Below, in pieces: positions 14,011 through 27,100 of a stretch of 64,000 nucleotides of DNA (its first letter is position 1; each line of letters opens with the position of its first letter). Position numbers and translations under genes: made by a program. The stretch covers positions 44,454,001 through 44,518,000 of the forward strand of contig OZ024752.1 in assembly GCA_964016885.1 (NCBI GenBank), read 5' to 3'. The notes below the pieces were generated by a model, which made no database searches, was not told the origin of the DNA, and worked only from the letters and a program-made list of their open reading frames with translations. Origin of the DNA: Eledone cirrhosa (lineage: Eukaryota).

Positions 14011-14339
14011 TTATACTTTGGGAGGGTCATGTTGCCAATAAGAAACACATGCACCAGTTGCTTTCACTTCAATTTATTATTATTATAAATTTAGGAATTT
14101 AGGAATTTTGACACTCAAAAACAAGATGGCGTAGGACAGAACAAAAGAGAGGCACAAAAAACAAAGAAAAGAACCCCCAGTCACAGAATGTGTGACGAAA
14201 GAACTTTGACAATATATAAACAACCATCTGGTTGTGGAACCAACCAACCAACCAGAAATTTATAAATTTATTATAAATTGAAGTGAAAGCAACTGGTGCG
14301 TGTGTTTTTTATTGGCAACATGACCCTCCCAAAGTATAA
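14011..14339. mobile_element. MITE-like element with about 67-bp terminal inverted repeats
   Basis: ttatactttgggagggtcatgttgccaataa...cacttcaatttat (14011-14077) versus its near-perfect reverse complement (14273-14339). Confidence 0.7.
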
Positions 14340-14382
14340 TATATATATAAGATAGCTTCCATTTATTAACATTATTGATTAT

Positions 14383-14670
14383 ATGGTGGATGGGTGCTAC
14401 ACGAGAATGCTGAGGATGAAAAACTCAGAGCCTCTCAAAAGTGACACAGAGGAGACTGAGCTTAGCTGGACATGCTCACTGACATCAAGAGTTGACATTG
14501 CACTCAGTCTTCCTGTGGAGCCTCTGCAAGGACACACTGGAAGAGCAAGACCAAGGTTAACGTATGTTGATGCCCTAAGGACAGACACTGGTCTGTTGGA
14601 GACGCAGGACATGGCAGCGAAGAGGGACAGAGACTGCTGGAGAGAACTCGTCCATGGATCTCGGGAATTT
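14383..14670 (+). mobile_element. RTE/RTE-X LINE ORF C-terminal fragment
   Basis: DGCYTRMLR...EPLQGHTGRARPRLTYVDALRTDTGL...DRDCWRELV. Confidence 0.8.
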
Positions 14671-17264
14671 TACCCGCCCTTGATAGGTAGATATATACAG
14701 AAATATCACTAAATCCGAATAAAACTGGTGAGAGAACCAATATAAATATATATATGAATTAACAGTATATATATATAAACCATGTTAAGGTATCAATACG
14801 TATAAAGAGATACGTGTGTATATGTGCGCGCGCGCGTTTTTCTTTTCATATTGGCAATAGATGGCAGAGATAGTGATAATTTACATTGTGTAAAACAGAA
14901 ACCCTGTTCTGTAGTTAGCTGTGAGAAGATCTATAGTTTACTTGAAAGTCTTAAGCTAGTATTGAAAAAAATGGATGTAAGGTTTTGTGAGGGAGTTATT
15001 CTCAAACAGGAGAAATGATTTGAATGTCTACCTCCCAAAAGACTTTGCTAATAGCATCCAAGGCCAGGTGGTGGATTAAGACTACCTATACCAGTGGGAT
15101 TTGAATCCAGAACAAAATACTGCAAAGAAGCTCATCTAACAATCTTGCCAATCCACCACTCTGGACAGGTAATATATTTTATCAACCTTGAAAGAATGAA
15201 AGAGTAAAATTGATGATGGCAGGATTTGATCTCAGGGAAATGTAATATCTCTTAACTTACCTGGAAATCCCACATCATTAATACAGTATGAGAGACTGTC
15301 TTTTCACCAGGATCTTTATATTGGAGAAGATTTTGAAGTACAATATGGCTTAACATGATGCACAAATATTCACCATTGGCAACCTACATCACATTTAAAA
15401 GAAAGCCATTTACTTCATTATAAAACCTTCACCAACAATATTGCTGCCCTCTCCGAAATACTACCTCCACCACTCTACATTTACAACAAATTCAACCCTT
15501 CCAAACTCATGGCCTCCCATAGTCACCCAAAACTGTATCAACTTGTCTAATTCCACTATATCTCTTTCACTCACATCAATATTACATGTCAGATATTCTG
15601 GTTAACTTCATCTCTATCTTAATATCATCCTCCATTCATTCAAGTTCTCTGATCAAAATAGAAGAAGGAAGCTTGTATAAGTGAGAAGACAAGAGAGAGA
15701 GTAAAGATGTAGTGAGAGAAAGGAGAGCCTGCATCAGTGGTCCAACCAGTTTGGGGGAATAAGTGAAAGATTAATAAGTTGCTTCACAGCAAAGAAAGGC
15801 AACACTTGGGTTGTGAAATCATGTTTTATTATCTATACAGGACATACATAATGAAAATGCTTAGTTTGAAGCAATACTCCAAAAAATTGGAAATTCACCT
15901 ATTTAACTGGTTGGGTGGTAGAGTGCCATGGCTATAGGAAGGAGTTGAGAGAGAGAGAAAGATGGATGGAAGGAGAGATGCAGTGAAATGAAACTGTGGT
16001 AAGCCCATTGCTAGATTGGTTGCAGTTTTCACAGACCAAGTCACAGCTTGTGAAATATGATTGACATCACTTTCACTGAGGCTAGATAGAATTCTCAAAA
16101 TCACACACTTAAGTATTAATGATAGAATTTCATAAAACTACAGATATCCCAGACAGCAGGATGGCAATAAATGTAACTGCAGCTATCCTACTGCATGTAT
16201 ATACATACAATTTTAGAATCACCAGTGTAGCTTGTTCTTGAGATCTTACACTAATTTTAACATTGGTTAACAGATATTCTAGCAAACTCGGTCAATGAAC
16301 ATCAAAGGCACTTGGTTCTGAAACCTTTAAAATGAGAACTTGTTCAAGAAATCTATAGGAAAGCAGGAATAGAAAAATAAATGAAAATGGAGCCAGGTTA
16401 TGGGATTTGACAGACAAGTGAAATAAATTCAGGTTTTAAAATCGTTCATAAAGTTTTAAATTAATGTTAAAAACAGCTCCCTGTTAGAAGAATTGTGACT
16501 TACTTGTGTTTGAAACATTTAAGATGAGTTTCTATAACATTATTGGAAGACTGTAGCTATATGATGTCTACAGCTCCAGTCTCTTGCAGCTACACTGATA
16601 CCCCAAACTAATATAAAGGGACATATTGTAACCAACAATATTTTCATCCAATTTGGCAATAGGGTTTATCAGACACACTTTAAAATGTTCCCATCCAGTT
16701 ACATATGAAGTAGAATAACTGAAACATGGAATGACAAGACTATGCCAAACACACGAAACTAAATGATATATAAAAGCTGAGCAGTTCTACGATACATTCA
16801 ACAGGTCACTGAACAGTCACAGCAGACAATGTCAGAGTAAGAGAGAGGCCAATAAAATAGAGCGATGAAGGGAAGTCCTGTATGAACCTATTGAAAATAT
16901 TCTTCATTTGCAGAATATTTCAATTCAATGTAGAAATATTTATATTTTACTGGTTTCAGTCATCAGACTGCGGTCATGCTGGGGCACCACCTCTCTCTCA
17001 CTCTATATATACATATCTATCTATATATATACATACACATATATATATATATACACACACACACATATATATATATCTGTATATGAGAGGAAGAGACAAA
17101 GTCAATTCTACATGAGCAAACTTATATCGAAAACATAAGAGAAAATATTTACATCATAAAATCCCGTTTCATATTCAAAGTGAAAGAAAATGTTCTGATA
17201 TTTTTGTTTTCTATCAATTGAATGTTTATAAATCCTTCATAGAACACTATTTTCTTACTGGTAG

Positions 17265-17850
17265 AGCGCCCAGCCCCCACTGGAAAGAGGTTATGTTGGT
17301 GACCCAGTATGGACATCCAGCCATGGAAACAGTTCTGTATGAGCAACACATGGTCAACTGATCTTATTTGTCTCAAAAAGGAACAACGCGTCTAACCCCT
17401 GCTGGCATGTAAAATGGACGTTAAATGATGATGATTATATATATATACATGTATGTGTGTGTATATCATCATTGCCGTTTAACGTCTACCTTCAACCCTA
17501 GCATGGGTTAGACGGATTGTTCCATTTGAGGCAGGACGGGTTAGGTGACTGCACCCTAACCATACAGAACTGTTTCTAAAGCTGGATGCCCTTCCTAATG
17601 CCAACCACATTTACAGTGTGGACTGGGTGCCTTTTTTGTAATGCCAACATAACTTTAGAGTGTAAGGGTAGTATGAGGATGGGTGTAGGGGTGTATGGGA
17701 GGAAGTACAGTGGTTAAGAGGTGCCTACAAGACGTGTTGAGTCCGTGTACATGGGAAGGCATGTCTTCTGTATAACGCCAAAGATTACGATCCTGTGTCA
17801 GTCTTTGAGAGGTGCAATTGCACAAAGTCAGCTTTTATCACCTCGTCCCA
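17265..17850. mobile_element. Two RTE-tail elements in tail-to-tail orientation (17265-17435 +, 17465-17850 -)
   Basis: ggacgttaaatgatgatga followed by catcatt...gtttaacgtc. Confidence 0.75.
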
Positions 17851-17878
17851 AGCCTTCCTACTATATATATATATACAT

Positions 17879-17927
<49 letters not shown>

Positions 17928-20900
17928 AAATGCGAGAACATTTTTTTGTTGACCCTCATCTAATTAGTGAAACTGGTAGGATATGATGAAGATGTAAAGA
18001 TCACCTCTTTTGTTTTTACAATAAAGGTTTTCAAATACATTTTCTTATGTTATATATATATATACACATATATACGTATACATGCACACATATATGCACA
18101 CACACACACACACACACATATGTATATATGTGTATAGATAGATATATAGATGTATATGAAAAGAAGGAAACCTTTTTTGAAATATGTTGAAAATGTAGAG
18201 ACAATGCACTATGATGAAAGTTGAATTCTCATATGATTTTATTATATATAGCAGTCAGAAAATGAGAACATCCAAATATGGAAGCGATGTGAATGGTAGG
18301 CAACTCTGAAGTAAAAGATGGATGAGAATATAACAATAGAACAAGTTGTTTCAACATTCTAGCACAGAGAATGCTACTGTGGTTTAACGATTAAGCCTTT
18401 CAATGATGACAACTAAATAAATAAAATTAAAATAATAATAATAAAATAAAATAAAAACTAAAAATCAAATGTCAAGAGAATATAATCTGTGGATTTTAAG
18501 AGTGAGAAAACATGAACATTCACATGTTAAAATAGACGCTGCTATTTAGTAAGACATGAGCAGGAGAAAATTGGATGGGGAGAGGGACCAAAAGAAAATT
18601 ATGAAATTCTATCTTTGTTTCCAATGGCAATGTTATAATGAAGTCATTACTGAGTACTATATCAAACCATTTGATGGGAATGGTAGAAACTTGGCTTAAC
18701 AAATAAACCACAACAGCATAAATATAGGGTAAGTATTATTGCCACAACTTCACCTTGACTCAACTTCTAAATATATTAATAACAAAAATCAGACAATTTC
18801 TTTAAAATTGTACAGGTCAGAGTTTTGTATATTAACTGCAATCACATGCAAATAGTTCAAATCATGTTTGATATATATATATTATATATATATTTATTAT
18901 GAGTGAGTATGTGTAGATTGAGTAAAAATAAATAGTGTGCTGTCAATACTGCTAAAAGAATGGAAATAAGGAACACAGCTACAAGTAAATATGGACTAGG
19001 AGGAGCTTCAGTTCAGCAATTCCTAAAGGAGAACAGCCAGATTTACTGAAGTCCTTCAGTATTGGAAGAAAAGACATTTAAACAATTTATTGCTCCATCT
19101 GTGGTGTATAAAAATAGGGAAATTGTTAAATGCAAAAACTGAATCATAGTGATAGATTGTAAAAACCAGTTGTCTGCCAAATATAATTCACAGGAACATA
19201 CTGCAGATATTAAAATGTAAAAATATAAATGAAAATGTAAGGGTTTATACTAAGCAATAGTATGCTCCTTTGCAGTGTTATGGTTGTAAGAGAGATTGAA
19301 ATTGAGTTAATGTGGCTGCAGCACCAATCTTAGCCCATTTATATGAGTCTGTCCAAGGCAGTGAGAAATAGAGTTCTCTTATTTGATAATTTGGAGGAGA
19401 GTGGGATAAAATAAAACAAATCAAAGAACTAAACCAACAAGGTAACATCTCTAACTTAGAGTCAATCTAACTTTAATATAATTTACTATTGCAGATATAA
19501 TGGGATGGAGCAGTAGGGTAAATTAAGGCAAATTTGAAATAAAGCTTGCAAATTGCAAACAATTAAAATCTTGGTAATTATAGTGAAATATGGCCAACTT
19601 AAGGAGGATTTAACTGACCAACCAGTAATTCAATGAAACAACAAAAAATAAAAGGAACAGATAGCGACAGGGATGAGGGGGGAAAAACAAACTAAAACAA
19701 AAATATCCTCCTTTGATTAGTGGATGACATGAAAAATGAATAATCTAAAGTGAAGTGGTCTCCAGGTTAATCTAGTTGAAGTACTGGTATACGAACACAG
19801 TCTACCAACCAGACATGTGTGGGAACTGTTGTATCATTTACTAATAAACAACAATACCGATAACTTATCATTCACCACAACACAGAAGATTATAAAGAGG
19901 TTGTTGCCAACCATTCCTTCTTTTCCGACTGTTTTCTGTTTTCATAGAATTTCCTTGTCAAGACCTTCTAGCAACTGCTCTTATCCTTTTGTTTGTTTGT
20001 ACCAACTTCCTAATGAGACAGTAGGAAAGTAGGGAGAGGGGCACTAGGTTTTGTGGGAACATTTTTTTTTCCATTTTTTAAAACATTTTTATCTTTTTTT
20101 TTTTGTTTTTTTTTTCCTGTTTTTGTTTTGTTATTGTTCATTTCATAGAAAAGGCTACTGGACTTCTACAATACAAAAGACAAATTTATATGTAAATTAT
20201 ATAGACAATATTGTTGAAACCGACCAGCTCTATACAGTTGATAACCTAAAAGTACACAAGGGCCTGGCAGGGCTTTCCTGTGTCGTTGGATCCCGACTGG
20301 TTGCATTGCACATGCACACTTTCACACAAACCATGCATACATCAAGATGATGTTGTCTCTGGCCAAGAAGACTAATCAAGCTACTCATACAAGAACTATA
20401 CCGTGGCCAACGGAAGGCTTAGTAGCGGAGAAGGCAGCTCAATTAACCAAAGTCATCCATGAAGCACAAGTCCATCATTTTTAGGGTTTACAAACATTTT
20501 TTAATTCCCTCAAACTGATGATAATGAAGATGTAGTTATAGTAGTAGTCATAGTAGTAGTGATAGTAATAGTAGTGGTGATGGTGGTAGTAATAGCATTA
20601 GTAATAGAAGGACCTTCAAACAGTGCCACCATTTATGCCACAGCAGTCTTGGAGTTGATTTGGTCAGAGAGGTATCCTCTCAGAAAGAGCTAATACAGCA
20701 TATGATGCCAATGCCCAAGTGATAACAACACTGTGACAGTAGAGTTTGATGAGTTTCTTAAATGATCTGTTAGCAATAATTTGGCCACTTTCCTGGTTAA
20801 CTAGCTTGTTGACTCCTTCCAACATGATGCCAATTTCTCCAAGACACCTGTAGTTTGGTGTAGGAGGAGGAGGAGAAGAAGGAAGTAACCAGAAATAACA

Positions 20901-21050
20901 CTGATTGGCAACAGTGTTTGGCCAATGCTGCTGTCTCAACGCGGATAACGCCTGCACACAGCAACAAGACTGGCAGGTGTAGCGGCAGCAGCAGTAGCAG
21001 CAAAGAAGTACCTCAAATACAGATGGTAGTTGAAGAATTATTGTAATGGT

Positions 21051-21177
21051 TCAGTCCAAGATAACTATTGCATCCTGGCCCTCACTATGATGTGGTCCTG
21101 ATTTGGCTGGCAGTACACGCCAGGGATTCCTGGCAGCACGTTTGAAGTCCTGTGGCAAGAGCTGTCTTCGCAGTTTT
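21051..21177 (-). CDS. MTA1: MTA last coding exon ([41 protein letters not shown])
   Basis: ttttcag|A; KRAAR motif and IVILD end; TGA at 21051-21053; the 3' UTR end cannot be determined. Confidence 0.94.
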
Positions 21178-24100
21178 CTGAAAATAGGAAAAGAGATATA
21201 AAATTGTGTATTAAAAAAACATACAGCTATGTTTCATGGTAGCTGTATAATTAAAATTTAGCTAATTGTTGCTTAATTGTTCTAAAGAAACAGCAAAAAT
21301 ATTTTAGTTTTGTCTTCAAAGAAAGGCATGGGAAGTATTTTTAAATCACTTTAGGAAACAACTGGTGATATAGGCCGACAGAGTGACAAAGCTTCTCAAT
21401 TAAGGTAGTCAACACACAAAAATAAAGAGTTTGGAATAAAGTAGAGAAAGAATTAGAATTTACCTAGTTGCATCCGTGGCCAAAAAGTAAACATCATCTG
21501 GAGCATCAATCCAGCTGATCATGTGCATTTTCATAGGCCTTATTCCAGAGGTTTTGCTTCGGCCGTTCATATTGTGGCGGTTTATGACTGATCCTCGCTG
21601 AAACAGAAAATATAAATGTATTAATTTTAGTCAATAACACTGTCATGTAAAAATGACATTTTCACTCTGAAATAAGAACTTTATTATGGAAGTCTTTCTA
21701 TAAAAATGTGGTGCTGAGGCAGAAAGGAAAGACAATAAATCCAATCTTATCAGAAGGATCAGTTGAAGTGGTAGTTTCTGTTACCTGGGTGACCAAATCA
21801 GTAGTGGGGGAGGGTGTTCTGAAAGCACAGTAACCAGAGTGAGATCGGGTTGGAAAAAGTTCAGGGAGCTAATACTGTTACTAACTACAAAAGGTTTTTC
21901 CTCTCAAAATGAAAGGCAGACTGTATGATGCATGTATACGAACAGCAATGTTGCACAGCAGTGAGAGCTGGGCACTGTGTGCTGGGGACCTGTAAAGATT
22001 GGAAAGAAATGAAGCCTCCATGCTTCACTGGATATACAATAGCAATATACATGAACAGCCAAGTATAAATGTACTGCAAGAGAAATTGGGCATAAGAGGG
22101 ATCAGTTGTTGCATGTAGGAGAGGCGATTGCATTGGTATAGACATGTGGTGTGTATGAAGGATGACAGCTGTATAAAAAGGTGCAGAGCACTCAAGGTTA
22201 ATGGTAGCCACGGAGTGGACAGGCCTAGGAAGACTTAGGATGAGGTAATAAAAGCTGACCTTGTTCAATTACACCTCTCACAGGACTGTGACCTATTATT
22301 CTCAAGCTGAGGTTTATACTTAGTAGGCAACACCTTCCTCAACCTTCTCCCCTATCATTCACCTCCCTTTGTGGTAACCATCCCTCTCTTATTATCCATG
22401 TCTGCAACTTCCCCAAGCTCCCCCTCCCCCAAGTTCCAAGACAAAAGTACCCAGTCTTCACTGTAAAATGGTCGTGTAGATGACACGACAAAAAGCACCC
22501 AGCACACACTGTAAATATGGTTGAAAGTTTGTCCTGGGTCAGCTAAACAGAGTCCTCTGACCTGATTTTCTCGCGAGGATGATGATATATGTATAGGCAC
22601 GCAAATATATAAATACACACACACAGACATAGCAAAAGCAATCCAAGCAGACACATGACTTAATCAAATCAAACTCTATATCACATTAAACCTCGAGCTA
22701 AAGTGTTTACAGTGAATACACAAACATAGACTTCAGTTTCGGTTGAAAAACACCTAAAAAGTAGAATTACCTGAGTTTGTTGTGATTAACGAAATACTCC
22801 AGAAATCATTGAGACCAGAACACTGTTATAATCCAACTTTACTGCATAAAACCACATTGGTAAACCATTGCAATACAGCACTATGACTGCATCACACTTT
22901 ATCTTAACTCCACTAATAGTAAAGATAACATTGGAAATAACCCATTTTAGATATTTTGTACTAAATCATTACAGGACGTGGGAAATTAACAAAACAGAAG
23001 ACTGAACAAGAGTAACTGTACAATGCTTAGTTGAGGTGACATTAGAAGAGTAATTTTAAAAGGTGTTTTCTTTTACATGATATATATTTTGTCTGACAAC
23101 TGGCAGCAGAAAAAAAAAAAGAACCCGCCTAATATATTGAAGTTAAGAGTTTGGGTGTCAATTTGTTCAATACATAGACTTAACAGTTTAACATCATTTT
23201 CAAGTAGCATGAAAGCTACTGATAGCAATGAAAATATCCCAAAGTTTCTTCTGAAGTAATCTTATAGCTCTTCTTTACAGGCAGTGGATTAGGTATAATG
23301 TAAGCTTAGAGAAAATGTGAAGAACAGCAAATGGCCACTGCAAGACACCAAGAAAGAGCAGTGGAATGAGGCAGCATTGTATATTGTCAACAAATCTCAG
23401 CAAACCTGGGAATTAGCCAATCCTTTGATGACCTGGTGCTTACCATTGTAGCTGGTGTTCTAAGAACACTTCCTGTTTGCCGAATTACTCCGAGGCCCTG
23501 TCGTTTAGCAGGAGGACCTAAAAGAGAAATTCTAATTGCTAGTATGTACTGAATAACATATTCTTTTGTATGGGTACTTCCATTTCTTAAGAAGGAATAA
23601 GGTTTTTCCACAAGTCTTAAATGCTGTTCATATCGCTTATTTTTCTCTCTATGTATAATTTGAAGTAAATCAATAATAAGCTGTATTTGCTGTTATTAGG
23701 AACGAAGATGTTAACACCAAACTACTCAAGATAATTGTTTAATGAACCACAATAACTATCAATACTAAATACACCAAACAACACAATTGGGTTAAAATAT
23801 TAGAAAACAAATGCCTGACAAGTGGTAATGGTCTGTGAATATTGAAGTTTTATATTTGTTAAATCATTAAATGTATCGATCACATGGAGGGGACACAAGC
23901 CTAATATTGAAAATAATTATGTAATATTTACAATGAAATAAAATTTATAAGCAGTTTGTGGGTGTTTAATTCGTACCAGAAAGCTCTGGAGATGATTTCA
24001 CTGTTTTAATAAAAAAAATTACTCTTCTTGTACAATTTATTTGTCAAAGAGAGAAAAGGACAAATTTTGAGATAATAAATGATTTGAGTAAATATTATTT

Positions 24101-27100
24101 ATAAAGATGAAAGAATTCTACGTTAGAAATCCATATGGAACCATAATAGAAAGAAAGTCTAAATTGTTCTCAACAAAACCTCTTTTAAGAGGATTAAAGT
24201 AAGCTATTTGTAAAACATACTTGACAAAACAGTTATATGACAAAATTTAGGCAGCAATTCTTTAATTTTAAAACCAATGACAGAACAGTTGATATTGATG
24301 ATAGTTGTGAGAGAATATTCCAGTAATATTGACATGGGAGAATCAAATATATCAAACGGTGAGAATACAAACACAGAAAGCAAACAAATCCAACTGAAAG
24401 AATATTACAAAGAAACAACTTGACAGCTACAAAACTAAATTTCCTCAATTCATGAAGGATTTATTCTTTTATCTAACCAGTCTAAGGTTAATTTCATCTT
24501 TCATGATTAATATTTTTAATCATGTTAAAGTGTGATTCATGAATTTTAGAAGAGGGCGGAGGAGACAAATGACTGTAAGTACAAAGAGTGCTGAAAAACA
24601 TTTAATCGATGATCATGTCAAAAGTATAAAGGGCAGAGTTTGCAAAGCCCTTCCCCACCTACCAAAAAAAAAAAAGAAAAAATCTTGAAAACATAGAAAG
24701 CTTTGCATTCATTCAAAGTATTATTGCTTCAGGTAACATATAAAGGTATAAAACAACTTATGACTTTCTTCATCTAAAACCAGCAACGAATATCATCAAT
24801 TAATGTTTTCCCCACAAGGGTTGGATGGGTTGCCATAGACCAAGCCAATACTTAATCAGAATCAGCCATCTTTTGGTCTAAGGTCATATCTTCCTTACAT
24901 GATCTGGCATCTTCTGTACAGTGTATTGTGGCACCAGCACTATCATGTCTTTGACACAACCAAAGCACCCCCATTACACATTGTCTCACAAATTTTCTGT
25001 AGCCTTCCTATCACCTTACGGAGTTTTATCATGTCAACAACACTAGAGAGATTGTAATGCTCGACACAAATGAAAGGTTTTCTTGGACCTGGTTTCTACC
25101 CCCCCCCCCCATTGTGGCTCTAATAGTAAGAAGACTGTTGGTTACTGACTCAACTGAAGAGCCTACTCTTCTACCCCATCCCAAGTGCTACGTCTCACAG
25201 GCGTGCACCATGTGCAGCATTGCCGCCCAGCAGAGGTACTAGCTTCCTAAACCTCTTCAAGCCTGTTCTCACTCTCTTTACTACAGAGAACCACAACACC
25301 CCACTTCACACTAGCTCAACCGTCAACAACTTATAGTCTCTCAGGCAATTGAGGCTATCTACTTCATACATGCTCCAACTTCATCCACTGCAAACAAAGT
25401 TCATCTTCTCCATCAACCTGTCTGTGATTCTACATCTCCCGTGCATCCATAGTTTACACGGTGTGCATCTTAAGGAGCTCCTATGCATCCATAGTTTACA
25501 CGGTGTGCATCTTAAGGAGCTCCTATGCATCCATAGTTTACACTGTGTGCATCTTAAGGAGCTCCTATGCATCCATAGTTTACACTGTGTGCATCTTAAG
25601 GAGCTCCTATGCATCCATAGTTTACACTGTGTGCATCTTAAGGAGCTCCTATGCATCCATAGTTTACACTGTGTGCATCTTAAGGAACTTCTGCAAACCC
25701 CCTCTATGACATTTCACCAACAAAGTCACTTCCCCATTGCTATCAGATTCCTGTCTTCATATACACATATCAAGCATTCAGCAAGCGTACTTTCAAGCCC
25801 CTTGCTTCAATATTCCTCAACTCCTCTATGGATTTAGCTACAAGGACCAAATTATCAGCACACATGGAGCACTAGCTTCCAACACCCCTGCCATGTGGAC
25901 TGAGAATTATAAATTCATCATCATGCTGATTGCCTCTCACCCAACTGCTTTCATTTCTACACATGACCTGCATGGCATTCCTGAGCCACACGTTCTCACT
26001 GGCAGTGAAAATGAAAACTATAAAAGAGATTTTATAAACATAATCAATGTACACCTTTGAGAGAAATATCTCAGGAAAATATGTATTTGTATATTGTCAT
26101 ATCACCAAATGGCACTAATCTGGTTTTTATTCTTAGCAGTAACCACATACTATGCTGTGTGACTATCACAAGGCCCCCTTTACTCTCTACAAATCTTAGG
26201 CTTCATAGCTATGCAATAGGTCATTGCTATTATTTAGTAGAAGTATTTCATTTTGCAACTCAATAACATCTATTTTTCATTCCATTGTTTAAATAGGAAA
26301 GGTATTATAAAATGAAAGAACATGCAAAGGAAATATAATATGGTTACAAATTAACAGATTTGGTTTTGTTAAACCAACAAGTCATGAAGAAAATATAGCA
26401 AATAACCAACAAAACATAAATACTCATGCAAAACATTGTTTCATAAACAAAGACAGGTGATATGACACCTTTTATTTGTTTCACCTCTTCTTCTTAAGTT
26501 GTTTTAGGGAGGTTTACTTATTGTTAATTAGAGATGGTAGTTTAAAATGCTTCATTATTCCTTATATTATTAAAAATAACTAATTTGAAACTAACAAGCA
26601 ATTTTCCTCATTTAGGGGGAGAGGGACCAAACAAACCTAGTGATATTTTCACTTTTCTGCAATTAAAATGTTTTCATATAAACAAACAAAATTGTTTAAA
26701 TCGTTTTACTGCATCATCTCACATAAAGAAAATATAAAGGACAAAGAACAGCCCTTAGATAATTAAAATAAATGTCAATCTCTACAGCTAGGTAACCACA
26801 ACTAGAGTTTACTCACCATCCAAACCATTGCTTTGTTCATATCCTCTCTTCTTCATAATGGAAGGCTGACTTGTTGAAACTCGTGGGACTATAGGTTCTA
26901 TCTTCGGTTCTGCAAGTAGAGGAATATTAAAATATACCAACTTGTTATACTTCACAGACACTACAGACATTTGTTGAAAACGTCTTTAGCATGAAAAATT
27001 TTGTAAAGCAAGTAGAACATAAGATGATACTTGCTACAAGGATACTTATTCACAAGGATTTCACATGAACTTGATTGTGTTTTCTTCGTTATTACACAAA

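Noticed and set aside
20664-21003. Minus-strand ORFs after the MTA stop
   Set aside because: Low-complexity 3' UTR sequence with no family similarity and no readthrough context
22771-22822. 52-nt extra MTA exon
   Set aside because: Weak acceptor, frameshifting, and not needed for phase continuity
25349-25837. ORF with [14 protein letters not shown] repeats resembling a metal-binding protein
   Set aside because: A 42-bp minisatellite that is open in several frames, with no gene structure
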